Assembly (NCBI GenBank): GCA_963675525.2
Contig: CAXXSL010000016.1
Coordinates: forward strand, 704,001 to 768,000
DNA length: 64,000 bases
Direction of reading: 5' to 3'
DNA from: Anaerohalosphaeraceae bacterium
GTDB taxonomy: Bacteria; Planctomycetota; Phycisphaerae; Sedimentisphaerales; Anaerohalosphaeraceae
Below the pieces are notes generated by a model. The model saw only the letters and a program-made list of their open reading frames with translations, made no database searches and was not told where the DNA came from. The position numbers and the translations under genes were made by a program. Positions 10,209-20,104 of this stretch are shown one piece after another. Numbering within the stretch: position 1 is the stretch's first letter; each line of letters starts with the position of its first letter.

Positions 10209-11261
10209 CTATCTGTACTGTTCGATGTAACTGCCGTAACCAATAATAAAGGCTGACAAAATCAGGATGATAATCCCGGTGAAAACAACGGTCAGGATTT
10301 TTCGCCCCGCACCTTTCCATTCGTTAAAATAAAGGCCCCATATATTACTGAAGACAATGATAAAGGCCATATGGATACTCCAACTGGCAAAATCCAACGA
10401 GCGGCCGAGTTTGGTGGTTCCCATTCCGTAAAAGAAGAACTGGAGATACCACATAATGCCGCCGGCGAAAGCAAGGATATAGTTGACACTTAAAAAACAG
10501 TCGGGACTTTTTGTATAATAATCCTTAAAGGATTTGTTTTTTGCCCCCAGGAACAAACACCAAATCGCATTGGTGGTAAAACCACCGCCCATCGCGAAGA
10601 TAAAGACTGGGTTGTTCTGATACAATTCGCTCGTGCCGTACTGCACGGCGGTTTCGGCGATCGGCTTGCCCGCTTCCAATGCATATGCAAAACAGGCGCT
10701 CATGATGCCGGAAAAAACCGCAACCATCACCCCTTTGGTTAAAGCAAATTCTTTGATTGCTTTGGTTTTCTCATCGTCGCTGAGACGGCTTTCTTTCAAA
10801 TATCCGGCATACCCGCAAACGGAGATGCCCGCCAGACATATGGAAACGCCGATGAGCACCGCTAGCCCCGATGGCGTTGTGACCAAATTTGAAGCATTGC
10901 CCGCATAAATCGGAGGAATCAGCGTCCCGAACATGGTACAAAAGCCCAACGCCAATGAATATCCCAGCGAGATGCCCAGATAACGCATGCTCAGACCGAA
11001 AGTCAGGCCGCCAACGCCCCACAGCACACCAAACAGATAACAGTATAACATGCTGGACGGGGGGCTTTGCCTGATGATCTGCCAGACGTCCGGGCAGAAA
11101 ATCAATGCTCCGATGATGGGAGCCAAAATCCATGAAGCAAAGCCCTGTGTGAGCCAATAGGTTTCCCAAGACCACTGTTTTACCTTCTTGTATGGAATAT
11201 AGAAGCTTCCGGCGGCAAACCCTCCTAACGCATGAAACAATATTCCAAATAAGGCATTCAT
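10209..11261 (-). CDS. rhaT: L-rhamnose/H+ symporter
   Basis: GSFYIPYKKVKQWSWETYW, GLTFGLSMRYLG, WYLQFFFYGMG, SWSIHMA. Confidence 0.9.
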   Translation of the reverse strand: MNALFGILFHALGGFAAGSFYIPYKKVKQWSWETYWLTQGFASWILAPIIGALIFCPDVWQIIRQSPPSSMLYCYLFGVLWGVGGLTFGLSMRYLGISLGYSLALGFCTMFGTLIPPIYAGNASNLVTTPSGLAVLIGVSICLAGISVCGYAGYLKESRLSDDEKTKAIKEFALTKGVMVAVFSGIMSACFAYALEAGKPIAETAVQYGTSELYQNNPVFIFAMGGGFTTNAIWCLFLGAKNKSFKDYYTKSPDCFLSVNYILAFAGGIMWYLQFFFYGMGTTKLGRSLDFASWSIHMAFIIVFSNIWGLYFNEWKGAGRKILTVVFTGIIILILSAFIIGYGSYIEQYR

Positions 11262-11440
11262 TTAGTTGGCTTTCGTTTTAAATTAATTATTCTATCTCTC
11301 TTGTCCAAGATAAATATTTGAAAAGTAAATAAAATGCATTTCCAGAATAGTATCTATTATTTTTGCCGCAAAACAAAAACCTCAATCCGGAGAACGATTT
11401 ATGATAAAGGTTGGCAGTTTATTTGTGCAAGCACTTTTTT

Positions 11441-11601
11441 TTGATAAATCGCCATGATTATACCCGTACGTTTCGACAATAGGATGCTAAAGGGAGCGCC
11501 AGGGGCTTTCACTGCCGGGATCAGCGGTTAGCGTATGTGTCCGGCTGCTGATGCCGGCGGCTCTGATCGGTGTCGGGAAGGGTAAACAAATCGGCTATCA
11601 A
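11441..11601 (+). ncRNA. Candidate rod-shaped structured RNA (6S-like architecture)
   Basis: Nested pairings TTGATA/TATCAA, TACCC/GGGTA, TTTCGACA/TGTCGGGA, internal bubble, about 18-bp terminal stem; G-U pairs favour the + strand. Confidence 0.35.
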
Positions 11602-11798
11602 TACGTATAAGTAAATTCCCGGATGACAATCGTATGATCGCATTTGGGTTGCGGAAAGATAACCGCTTTGAAAATATACAGTTAGCCGAAAACGGCTGCT
11701 TTGCTTTAGGATTAAAAACTGCTTAAGTGCAGTGGGAAATGGGCCGATTTATGGATGGTAAGCTTAAAAATGAGACTGCTAAGCCCGTCGATGCGAAT

Positions 11799-12599
11799 AT
11801 GAAGATACAATACGTGATTTCAACTATGGTTTTCTGGTGGCGCGAGCACCACCTGTCGTTCGAGCAGGAGTGCGAGTACCTGCGGAGCCTGGGGTTCGGT
11901 GTGGAGATCTGGCCGACGATGAAAGGGAGCATGGAATGCCGCTTTGCACGGCGCAACTGGTCCCGGCTGAAAGAAGCCACCGAGGGCATGACCGTCGCCC
12001 TGCACAGTCGGTGCGACGGGCCGACGCTGGCCGAATGGGACGAACAACTGCAATGCGCCCGGGAACTTGGCGCGGTGATGGTGACGGACCTGAGCAGCCT
12101 GTGCATTTCCCAAAAGTTCAAAATGGCCGACTGGGAATTTGTCGAAGACGTTGTCGCCCTGGCCGACAAATACGGCGTGACACTCTGCGTCGAAAACGGC
12201 AGTCTGGACCTGCTGCTGGAGTTGGGGAACAAGTTTGACTCAATTCGCTACTGCTTCGACTCCGGCCATGCGCGCCTGGACACCGAACATACATTCAGGG
12301 AATTCGTGGACGCCCTTGGCCAACGGATCGCCTATGTGCATCTGACGGATAACTACGGCGATTTTGACGACCATGAACCGCCGGGAGTACGCGGCGGTAT
12401 CGACAAGGAATGCTGGGATTACCTGCTGAATCGTCTGCAAAAATTCGACAACAATGTTATCGCCTGTCTGCAGATGATCCCCACCATGCCGGGGACGATG
12501 ATCCGCCACAGCAGCCAGTTTTTGTTTGACGTGATGGGCTGGCCCAACCGGCCCCAACGTCAGCCGGACTACGACGAATACCACTACCGGCCGCTATAA
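11799..12599 (+). CDS. Sugar phosphate isomerase/epimerase (AP endonuclease 2 TIM barrel)
   Basis: VEN, CFDSGHA, VHLTDN..DDH motifs; start could be further upstream (11727/11751). Confidence 0.75.
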   Translation: MKIQYVISTMVFWWREHHLSFEQECEYLRSLGFGVEIWPTMKGSMECRFARRNWSRLKEATEGMTVALHSRCDGPTLAEWDEQLQCARELGAVMVTDLSSLCISQKFKMADWEFVEDVVALADKYGVTLCVENGSLDLLLELGNKFDSIRYCFDSGHARLDTEHTFREFVDALGQRIAYVHLTDNYGDFDDHEPPGVRGGIDKECWDYLLNRLQKFDNNVIACLQMIPTMPGTMIRHSSQFLFDVMGWPNRPQRQPDYDEYHYRPL

Positions 12600-12637
12600 A
12601 CAGCATCTCTGTATAACGGCAGTTAATCAAATCATGT

Positions 12638-15061
12638 TCATTTCGCCTTCAGCGTTACCTTTGCCGATTCCAGACCTTCAGCGTTTGCGGTAATGGTAAT
12701 GGTGCCGGGTTTGCCGTGCTGCGTGCGGATGATCGCCAGTCCGCGTCCCTGCCAGGCGTTATGCGAGGCGCCCTGATGTGACTGGTGCCCTCTGGGATTG
12801 CCGTTGCCGATGCCGATAAGTTCGGCCGGGCCGGTGACCGTAAAGGTGATCAGGTTTTCCGCATTGGGTACGCGAACGCTGTTTTCGTCGGTGATGTAAA
12901 ACTCCAGAGCGGCGACGTCCTTGCCGTCGGCAGTGAGTGTTTTTGTATCGGGTACAAGCTGGATCTTTTTCGCTTCGCCGGTGGTTTGCAGACGATATTC
13001 GCAAACGGTTATGCCGCCGCGTTTACCGACCGCAGTCAGGGTACCCTCTTCAAACGGTACCTCCCACGAAAGCATTCCGCGGCGCGCTTCGGATATCGGC
13101 TTGCTACCCAGCGAGGCGCCGTTGAGAAACAGTTCGACTTCGTCGCAGTTGGTATAGCAGAACACGGATACTTCAGCGCCATCCGGTGCGTTCCAGCCCG
13201 GCACGATGTTGCGTCTGCTGCGGCGGCGGCGACCGCCCTGTTCTTCTGATGAACTGCGGATCCAGGCGCCGAGATACACCATCGGCTTGTCGGACCAGAG
13301 GCTTTGACGGAACCACCCCGTAGGTTTTTTGAAGCCGCACAGGTCGAATAATGCGTTGGTCCAGCTTCGTACGGGCCAGCCGGGGGACTCGCCGATATAA
13401 TCAATGCCGGTCCAGAGGAACTGGCCGGAGATGTAGTCGTTGTCTTCGACCGCCTGCCATGCTTCCAATGACATGCCGTTCTCGCTGCCTATCATCAGAC
13501 GGTTGGGGTATTTTTGATGGTCCTCGGCGTAATATTGCTCCTGATAGTTGTAGCCCGCTACGTCCAGCACATCGGCAAATCCAACGGCGTTCGAGACGGG
13601 AGCATTGGCCAGGGCCGCGGTGACGGGACGCGTGATGTCAATCTCTTTGACGGCGGCGACGAGCATTTTTCCATACTTGGTTAGATTTTCGGCCGGGGGC
13701 TGGTCGGGTTTATACTCATCGCCCATCGACGGGTGTGAGAAGGGGTCGTTGGCATAATCGATCTCGTTGCCGATGCTCCACAGGATGATGCTTGGGTGGT
13801 TGCGGTCGCGGCGGACCATGTCCTGAATGTCGCGGACGGCCCATTCCTCGAAGACGTCGCCGTAGCCGGCGTAGCTGGGAACGTCAACGTTTCGACCCTT
13901 GACCCATTTTTTCTTGGGCGGGGTGAATTCATCGAAGGCCTCGTCCATCACAAGGAAACCCATTTCGTCGCACAGGTCCAGGAATTCGGGTGCAGGCGGA
14001 TTGTGACTGCAGCGGATGGCGTTACAGCCGATGGCTTTGAGCTTTTCAAATCGCAGCTTCCATATCTTCTCCGGCACTGCGGCCCCGAGAGGGCCGGCAT
14101 CGTGATGCAGGCAGACGCCCTTGAGTTTCATGTTCTCGCCGTTGAGGAAAAAGCCCTTGTCCGGATCGAACCGGAATTGGCGAATGCCGAATCGGGTCAC
14201 GGTTTCGTCAATCACTTTGTTGTCGGCCATGATTTTGCTTTCGAGGGTATAGAGTGTGGGTGAATCCGGTGACCAGCGTTTGGGATTCGACACCGGGATT
14301 GTTTGCGTAACAACCGCCGTTGTTCCGGCGACAATCGATTCTGTGCTTTGAACCGTGTTGACTACCTTGCCGCGATCGTCCAGCACATACAGGCACAGGG
14401 TAAAATTCTTCGCTCTGTCGGCGGCGTTTTTAACCGTTGTTTCGACCTGCACCTCGGCAATGTCCTTTTTGGCAATCGGGGTGGTAACGAACGTGCCCCA
14501 GTGGTCGATATGCAGGGGGTTGGTAACACGCAGGCGGACGTGGCGATAGATGCCGGAGCCGGTGTACCAGCGGGAATCGGCGAACTGGCTGTGGTCGACG
14601 CGCACGGCGAGCACGTTTTCGGTACCCCCGAAGATCAGCTGCGACGTCAGGTCGTATTGAAAGCTGATATAGCCGAAGGGCCGCTTGCCGAGATAGATGC
14701 CGTTGATCCAGACCTCGGCATTGTTATAGACACCGTCGAACTCGACGGCGACCTGTTTGCCGCGGAGAGACCTGTCCAGTTTAAAGGTTTTGCGATACCA
14801 GCCGATGCCGCCGGGCAGATAGCCGGTGCCGCTGGCGTATTCGTCGCTGTAAGGGCCTTCGATGCTCCAGTCGTGCGGGACCTGTACGGTTCGCCAGCTG
14901 TCGTCGTTAAAGTCGCGTGCCTGTGCGCCAGCCACATCGTCTTTGATGAACTTCCAATCAAAATCGAAATCCCGAACCTCTCTGGAAGAAGCTATCGTAC
15001 AGCCGGATTGAATCAGTAGACAAAAACAGGTCGAAATGCTTATTATTGTTTTTTTTAACAT
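12638..15061 (-). CDS. Glycoside hydrolase family 2 (beta-galactosidase-like), probable lipoprotein
   Basis: PHDWSI, SRWYTGSGIYR, IRCSHNPP, RDRNHPSIILWSIGNE, WTGIDYIGE. Confidence 0.93.
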   Translation of the reverse strand: MLKKTIISISTCFCLLIQSGCTIASSREVRDFDFDWKFIKDDVAGAQARDFNDDSWRTVQVPHDWSIEGPYSDEYASGTGYLPGGIGWYRKTFKLDRSLRGKQVAVEFDGVYNNAEVWINGIYLGKRPFGYISFQYDLTSQLIFGGTENVLAVRVDHSQFADSRWYTGSGIYRHVRLRVTNPLHIDHWGTFVTTPIAKKDIAEVQVETTVKNAADRAKNFTLCLYVLDDRGKVVNTVQSTESIVAGTTAVVTQTIPVSNPKRWSPDSPTLYTLESKIMADNKVIDETVTRFGIRQFRFDPDKGFFLNGENMKLKGVCLHHDAGPLGAAVPEKIWKLRFEKLKAIGCNAIRCSHNPPAPEFLDLCDEMGFLVMDEAFDEFTPPKKKWVKGRNVDVPSYAGYGDVFEEWAVRDIQDMVRRDRNHPSIILWSIGNEIDYANDPFSHPSMGDEYKPDQPPAENLTKYGKMLVAAVKEIDITRPVTAALANAPVSNAVGFADVLDVAGYNYQEQYYAEDHQKYPNRLMIGSENGMSLEAWQAVEDNDYISGQFLWTGIDYIGESPGWPVRSWTNALFDLCGFKKPTGWFRQSLWSDKPMVYLGAWIRSSSEEQGGRRRRSRRNIVPGWNAPDGAEVSVFCYTNCDEVELFLNGASLGSKPISEARRGMLSWEVPFEEGTLTAVGKRGGITVCEYRLQTTGEAKKIQLVPDTKTLTADGKDVAALEFYITDENSVRVPNAENLITFTVTGPAELIGIGNGNPRGHQSHQGASHNAWQGRGLAIIRTQHGKPGTITITANAEGLESAKVTLKAK

Positions 15062-15222
15062 CCTTTAATCTCCCTTCAAATCGTTTGCCTTTGTGACTGC
15101 TTGTCGGAGATGCCGCCTCCGACGTTTATGGATATAACGAATGATAACGCGTATTGATTGCATTGAAAAGCAAGGATTCTGAAGTTTGTCTATATAAGTG
15201 TGTACCCTTAGAAGGTCTTCGA

Positions 15223-16329
15223 TCAACCCTGATGAATCGGAATGGCGACAGTAAAAATGGAGCCTTCGCCGGGGAGACTTTGGACATCGATCGTGCCGTG
15301 GTGCATCTGGACGATCTTCTTGGCAATCGAAAGGCCCAGACCGGTTCCGACATGCGGTTTTTCGGAATGGAACGGCTCAAAGATCGCGCGGACATCCTCG
15401 ATCCCCTTGCCGTTATCGCTGACGCGCAAGATCATCCGGCCGGCCTGATCGTCGCGTTCGGTATAGATGGTCACCTGTCCGGTTTGCTGCGGAACCGCCT
15501 CGATGGCGTTAAGTACCAGATTCATCACGACATCCTGCATCTGATCGGGATCGACGGACACCAGTCCCAGATGTTCATCGGCTTGTATCGTCATCGCCAC
15601 CTGCCGCTGATCGGCCTGCGAACGGAGCGTCTGAACAACGGTTTCCACAAGCCGATTGATCTGGCAGGGTTGCGGGCGGGGTTTTTCGTCTTTGCTGAAT
15701 TTGAGCATGTCCAGCACCAGCTTCTGGATCTTATCCAGATTTCGCTTGAGAATATTCCATGCCTTTTTAGCCTGGTCTATATCATGCTGACCGAACGCGT
15801 CGTCCATTACATCCTGTCCGGAACGAACCGCCTGCAGAACGTTTTTAATGCCGTGCGACAGATTCAATGCGGCCTGTCCGGCCTGCATCACGCGCTGGCG
15901 CTGCTGGACCGTCTGCTTGGACTGGAGCGAATCAAATGCCACCGCGACCATGGTTTCGCCGGGATCAAAAACAAGCTCGATCTGGCCGGCCTGGGCGTCA
16001 TCGCCTGCCGGTTTGAGCAGGTGGTGTTCTTCGTCGGCTTCAAACAGCAACACCGTTGAACCACAGCGAATCTGGTCGCCCTGTTTGAGCAGCATGATTT
16101 CGCTGACGCGCATTTCGTTGATAAACGTTCCGTTCGATGAATCCATATCGCGGATAGCCCATTGACCATCACGAAATGAAAATTCCGCGTGACGGCGTGA
16201 AATGGCGTTGTCGGGAATACGAATGTCGACTTTTTCCGTACCGCGTCCGATGACTTTCGCCCAGCCGCCCTTTTCAAGTTCAAAGGTCTGACTTCGCAGT
16301 GGTCCGGTGATTATTTTTAATGCAGCCAT
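15223..16329 (-). CDS. FHA-domain histidine kinase
   Basis: FHA motifs IGR...SRRHA...SSNGTFIN; H-box SHGIKN; NLVLNAIEA, DNGKG, GTGLGL. Confidence 0.88.
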   Translation of the reverse strand: MAALKIITGPLRSQTFELEKGGWAKVIGRGTEKVDIRIPDNAISRRHAEFSFRDGQWAIRDMDSSNGTFINEMRVSEIMLLKQGDQIRCGSTVLLFEADEEHHLLKPAGDDAQAGQIELVFDPGETMVAVAFDSLQSKQTVQQRQRVMQAGQAALNLSHGIKNVLQAVRSGQDVMDDAFGQHDIDQAKKAWNILKRNLDKIQKLVLDMLKFSKDEKPRPQPCQINRLVETVVQTLRSQADQRQVAMTIQADEHLGLVSVDPDQMQDVVMNLVLNAIEAVPQQTGQVTIYTERDDQAGRMILRVSDNGKGIEDVRAIFEPFHSEKPHVGTGLGLSIAKKIVQMHHGTIDVQSLPGEGSIFTVAIPIHQG

Positions 16330-16376
16330 TCAATTTATCCGGAATTACTTAGAATTTTCTAACACTCTCAAAATCT

Positions 16377-16404
16377 CTGGATTCCCGCCTTCGCGGGAAT
16401 GACA
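16377..16404. repeat. REP-like palindrome CTGGATTCCCGCCTTCGCGGGAATGACA
   Basis: Hairpin; near-identical inverted copy at 21850-21877. Confidence 0.8.
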
Positions 16405-16427
16405 AACAAGCTAAGTTTTACAACACT

Positions 16428-17822
16428 CTATTTTCCGATACAAAACCGTGAAAAAATACCATCTAAAACGGTTTCGCTGATATTTTCCCTCTCCAGTCCC
16501 CCGAGCCGTTCATACGCCTGCCGCAACAGCATCGCGGCGATCTCGTTTGAACCCGACCTGATTTCATCGACCGATTCGGCCAATAACTTAACCGCTTCGT
16601 TCAGTCTTTGTTCATGCCGCTGGTTGATCGTCAGGCGATCCTGATGGTCCCGGTCGCCGGTGCTTAACGCGGTTAGCATATCCTGAATTCGATATTTTAT
16701 CGTTTCCATGCCACTTCCAGATCGCGAACTGACCGGTAAAAAGGAGCTGCCAAACTGTTCGCACAAATCGGCCAGCCGTTCGGAAACCTGTTGGGCCGAA
16801 AGCAAGTCAGCTTTGGTCGCAACATAGATGATGGATTCGGAGGTGATCCGGCTGCTCATTTCAAGGTCGGCGGCCAGATGGGTCCGTGTCAGATCCACGC
16901 AAAACAAGATGACTGCCGCTTTGTTGAGTGCCGTCAGGGACGCCTGATGCGAGAGCTGGTCGATCAATGACATCTGCTGCTGTGGCATCAGCAATCCGGC
17001 GCAATCGAACAGCACGCAGTCGGTGTGCTCAAGTTTGAGAATGCCGGTCAGAATATCGCGTGTGGTGGCCTCGGTTTCGGAAACAATGCTGCGAGACTGG
17101 CCCAGCAGCGCATTGAGCAGGCTGCTCTTGCCGGCGTTGGGTGTGCCAGCCAGCCCCACCGAATCCAGATCGATCAATCGTTCACAGCGAATGCTGCCTT
17201 CGAGCAGGTCGGTCAGTTGTTCGGCAAGCTGGCTTATTTTTTTCTCGGCGGCTTTTGCCGATACAAACACGATGTCTTCTTCGGAAAAATCCAGCGCCGC
17301 TTCAAGGTTGCCGATCAAGTCAATGATCTCGCCGCGCAAATCCGCGATCACATTTGAAAACCGTCCGTGCAGCAGCCGTTCGGCGGCGGCTAATTGAGCC
17401 GTATTCGCTGACGAAACGATCTCGGCCACCGCCTCGGCCTGCGTCAGGTCGATCCGGCCGTTTAGAAAGGCGCGTTGGGTAAACTCCCCCGGCCCTGCGG
17501 GACGAGCATACTCGTAAATCTTTTTCAGGACCGCCGCAACGACTTCGCTGCACACATCCAGATGCAGCTCGGCCAGGTCCTGGCCGGTATAAGAAGCGGG
17601 CTGACGAAACACATACAGCCATCCGTCCACCGACAGTTCAGCGTCCACACGAACGGAGCAGGGAACAACCGTGTTCTTTTCGATCGGCTTGTGCGGGATC
17701 ACGAATTGCGAAAGCACCCGGTAGGTATCCGGCCCGGATATACGAATGATACTGCGGCCCGCGGTACACACCGGAACTGAAGCACTGCTGACCGCTGCGA
17801 TCGTATCATCCATATTCAGCAT
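16428..17822 (-). CDS. mnmE: tRNA modification GTPase MnmE
   Basis: DTIAA, SYTGQD, GEFTQRAFLNGRIDLTQAEAV, GTPNAGKSS, TTRD, C-term IFSRFCIGK. Confidence 0.95.
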   Translation of the reverse strand: MLNMDDTIAAVSSASVPVCTAGRSIIRISGPDTYRVLSQFVIPHKPIEKNTVVPCSVRVDAELSVDGWLYVFRQPASYTGQDLAELHLDVCSEVVAAVLKKIYEYARPAGPGEFTQRAFLNGRIDLTQAEAVAEIVSSANTAQLAAAERLLHGRFSNVIADLRGEIIDLIGNLEAALDFSEEDIVFVSAKAAEKKISQLAEQLTDLLEGSIRCERLIDLDSVGLAGTPNAGKSSLLNALLGQSRSIVSETEATTRDILTGILKLEHTDCVLFDCAGLLMPQQQMSLIDQLSHQASLTALNKAAVILFCVDLTRTHLAADLEMSSRITSESIIYVATKADLLSAQQVSERLADLCEQFGSSFLPVSSRSGSGMETIKYRIQDMLTALSTGDRDHQDRLTINQRHEQRLNEAVKLLAESVDEIRSGSNEIAAMLLRQAYERLGGLERENISETVLDGIFSRFCIGK

Positions 17823-17840
17823 CGTTATCCATTGAAAAAA

Positions 17841-17912
17841 AACCACAGAGATCACAGAGGACTGGAGAGAAGTTTGTTATTTAATCTCCGTGAACTCTGT
17901 GCCCTCTGTGGC
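17841..17912. repeat. Inverted pair of nonamer tandem repeats (CACAGAG type)
   Basis: AACCACAGA-GATCACAGA-GGACTGGAG ... TCTCCGTGA-ACTCTGTGC-CCTCTGTGG; related arrays at about 20051 and 50899. Confidence 0.6.
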
Positions 17913-17936
17913 AAAATTTACATCCTAAAATTATTA

Positions 17937-20027
17937 TCAACCCTTGAAGAAGGGTTTGGGTTTTTTCTTTTTGACTTTACCGCCGGTTTTGGCGGTGACG
18001 GGGACCTTGCCCATGGATTCGAGTTCGTCTTTTTCCTTGAGGTGTTTACGGATGACCTTTTGCTCGATGATGCCGGCACCGATACTGGTCATGATATACA
18101 GGTTCACACCCGACGGGCCGGAATACAGCATGATGGGGAACATCAGCGGCATCATGATCATCATCATTTTCTGCTGCTGGGCCATCTGCGAATCGGGCTG
18201 TGCGGCGGCCTGCGACGGCATCATCTTCTGCTGTAAATACATCACCACGCCCATCAGGAGCGGCAAGAGGTTAAAGTAATTGGGCACGATCTTTCCAATG
18301 TACGGCAGTGTCTGCATCTTGGCCGCATACGGAATCACAAACAACTGGTCCGGCATCGACAAGTCGGTAATCCACACCGGCAAGAAGCTCGCGCCGCGCA
18401 AATCCACACTGGTATAGACCGCCGTCCACAACGCTATCCAAATGGGCATCTGCAGCAGCATCGGCAGCATCCCTGACACCGGTGAAACGCCCTGCTCGCG
18501 ATACATCGCCATGACCTGTTTGTTCATTTCCTGCTTGTTGTTGGCGTACTTAACCTGGATCTCTTTCATTTTGGGACCGAGCTTCTGCATCTTCATCATG
18601 GAGACCTGGCTCTTCTTCGTAATCGGGTGCATGGCCAGCCGCACCAAAAATACCAAAAAAATAATGACCACGCCATAGTTGCCCAGCGGGCCCATCAGCG
18701 TGTACATCGTGTTCATCAGCCACATGACGCCAAACGCCAGCGGCGCAATGACGGATACCGGACAACAGCAGGCACGAAAATCGATCGTCTGAAAATATTG
18801 CAACGATTTGTAAATCTCGTTCTTTTCAAATATTCGTTTGTCCTTCGGTCCCATATATATCGCCAGTGAATACGATTGCGCTGCGCCATCACTGCCCGCG
18901 GCTTCCAACGTAATTGGCTGGCTGGTCATGTTATACGAACAATTCTGGTCATCTTCTTCGTCCGTTGCGGAAGGATAGTACAGTGCCTTGCTGAATTGCA
19001 GCCACGGCTGGTCTTGTCCTTCGACAGGGACCGGCCGAACGACAGCAGCAAAATACATATTCGTCAGTGCCGACCAAAGCTGCATATCGCCTTTTTTCGA
19101 CTTCAGTAAAAAGTCTTCGGTGTCTCCTTTGTCAATCTTTTTGGCCATTGACGGTGCATCCAGTTGTTCGGTTTCAACGCCGGCCTCACCGGTTCGATAG
19201 GCCAGCTTAACTTTGCGTGCATCCTGGCGAACACCTTCCCGTGAAATACCGCCGGGGCCCTGCACCTGCATCTGAACCTTAAACGCCTTGCCGGAAAGGT
19301 TTTCAACTGTAATATCACACATCAACTCATAGCTGTCGCGCTGAACATTGTACGTTTTAATGACTTTCAATGTTTCGGCTTTGGTGTCGGCATCTTTCAG
19401 CACAGCCTCGAAGCGTACTTCGTCGGCCGAATCCGTCTGAACCAACTGCCAGCTCAGTTTATCCAGGGGGAATGATTTGGTGCCGAAGGTTTTGGCCTCG
19501 GCCGGTGCGATCCGCAGACTCGTATTGGCCAGCGAATAAACCTCCTTGTCGTTATTCGAAAGCGGCGATAACAGTGTCAGCGGATAAAGTACTTTTGTAT
19601 CGGTCGAAGGATCGGCACTCAGAACTTCAGCGGACGCCTCTCCGGCCCTGGCTTTAAACTCGCTCAGAATCACCTGCTTGACAGCAGCACCTTGACTGGT
19701 AAAGACAACCAAAAATTTGTATTTATCGGGATCATCCGTGCGTTTGACGTCTTCGTACATCATGCCCAGGCTTTTTGTTTGGAGCTCGGCATTGGACGCC
19801 GTCAATTGCGGGTACACGATGTTATCGGCTGACGCTTTAGCAATCGTCCGGGTCGTCTGCTGTTGTATTTCAGCAGCAGGCATCTCAGTTTCGCTGGCCA
19901 GGGGGATCACACGTCCCAGCAAATTTTTCGTTTGCTGCGGATGATGGAATACGGCATCGACGATCAGTACGGTACAGAGTAAACAAAAAACAGATAACCC
20001 AATAATAACGCCTGTCTTGAATTTCAT
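17937..20027 (-). CDS. yidC: Membrane protein insertase YidC
   Basis: YMGPK, NYGVVII..LVR, GMLPMLLQMPIW, WITDLSMPD, SGVNLY. Confidence 0.95.
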   Translation of the reverse strand: MKFKTGVIIGLSVFCLLCTVLIVDAVFHHPQQTKNLLGRVIPLASETEMPAAEIQQQTTRTIAKASADNIVYPQLTASNAELQTKSLGMMYEDVKRTDDPDKYKFLVVFTSQGAAVKQVILSEFKARAGEASAEVLSADPSTDTKVLYPLTLLSPLSNNDKEVYSLANTSLRIAPAEAKTFGTKSFPLDKLSWQLVQTDSADEVRFEAVLKDADTKAETLKVIKTYNVQRDSYELMCDITVENLSGKAFKVQMQVQGPGGISREGVRQDARKVKLAYRTGEAGVETEQLDAPSMAKKIDKGDTEDFLLKSKKGDMQLWSALTNMYFAAVVRPVPVEGQDQPWLQFSKALYYPSATDEEDDQNCSYNMTSQPITLEAAGSDGAAQSYSLAIYMGPKDKRIFEKNEIYKSLQYFQTIDFRACCCPVSVIAPLAFGVMWLMNTMYTLMGPLGNYGVVIIFLVFLVRLAMHPITKKSQVSMMKMQKLGPKMKEIQVKYANNKQEMNKQVMAMYREQGVSPVSGMLPMLLQMPIWIALWTAVYTSVDLRGASFLPVWITDLSMPDQLFVIPYAAKMQTLPYIGKIVPNYFNLLPLLMGVVMYLQQKMMPSQAAAQPDSQMAQQQKMMMIMMPLMFPIMLYSGPSGVNLYIMTSIGAGIIEQKVIRKHLKEKDELESMGKVPVTAKTGGKVKKKKPKPFFKG

Positions 20028-20104
20028 TAAATAATACCCTTAAATAAAGAAACCGCAGATTCCGCGGATTTCAGAGATTTGTCCTGAAATTTGATTTTTA
20101 GTTC

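Noticed and set aside
11490..11590. Cobalamin riboswitch (CACTG...GGGAAG) or SRP RNA
   Set aside because: Core B12-box and T-loop elements and the SRP CAGG-GRAA-AGCAG motif are missing
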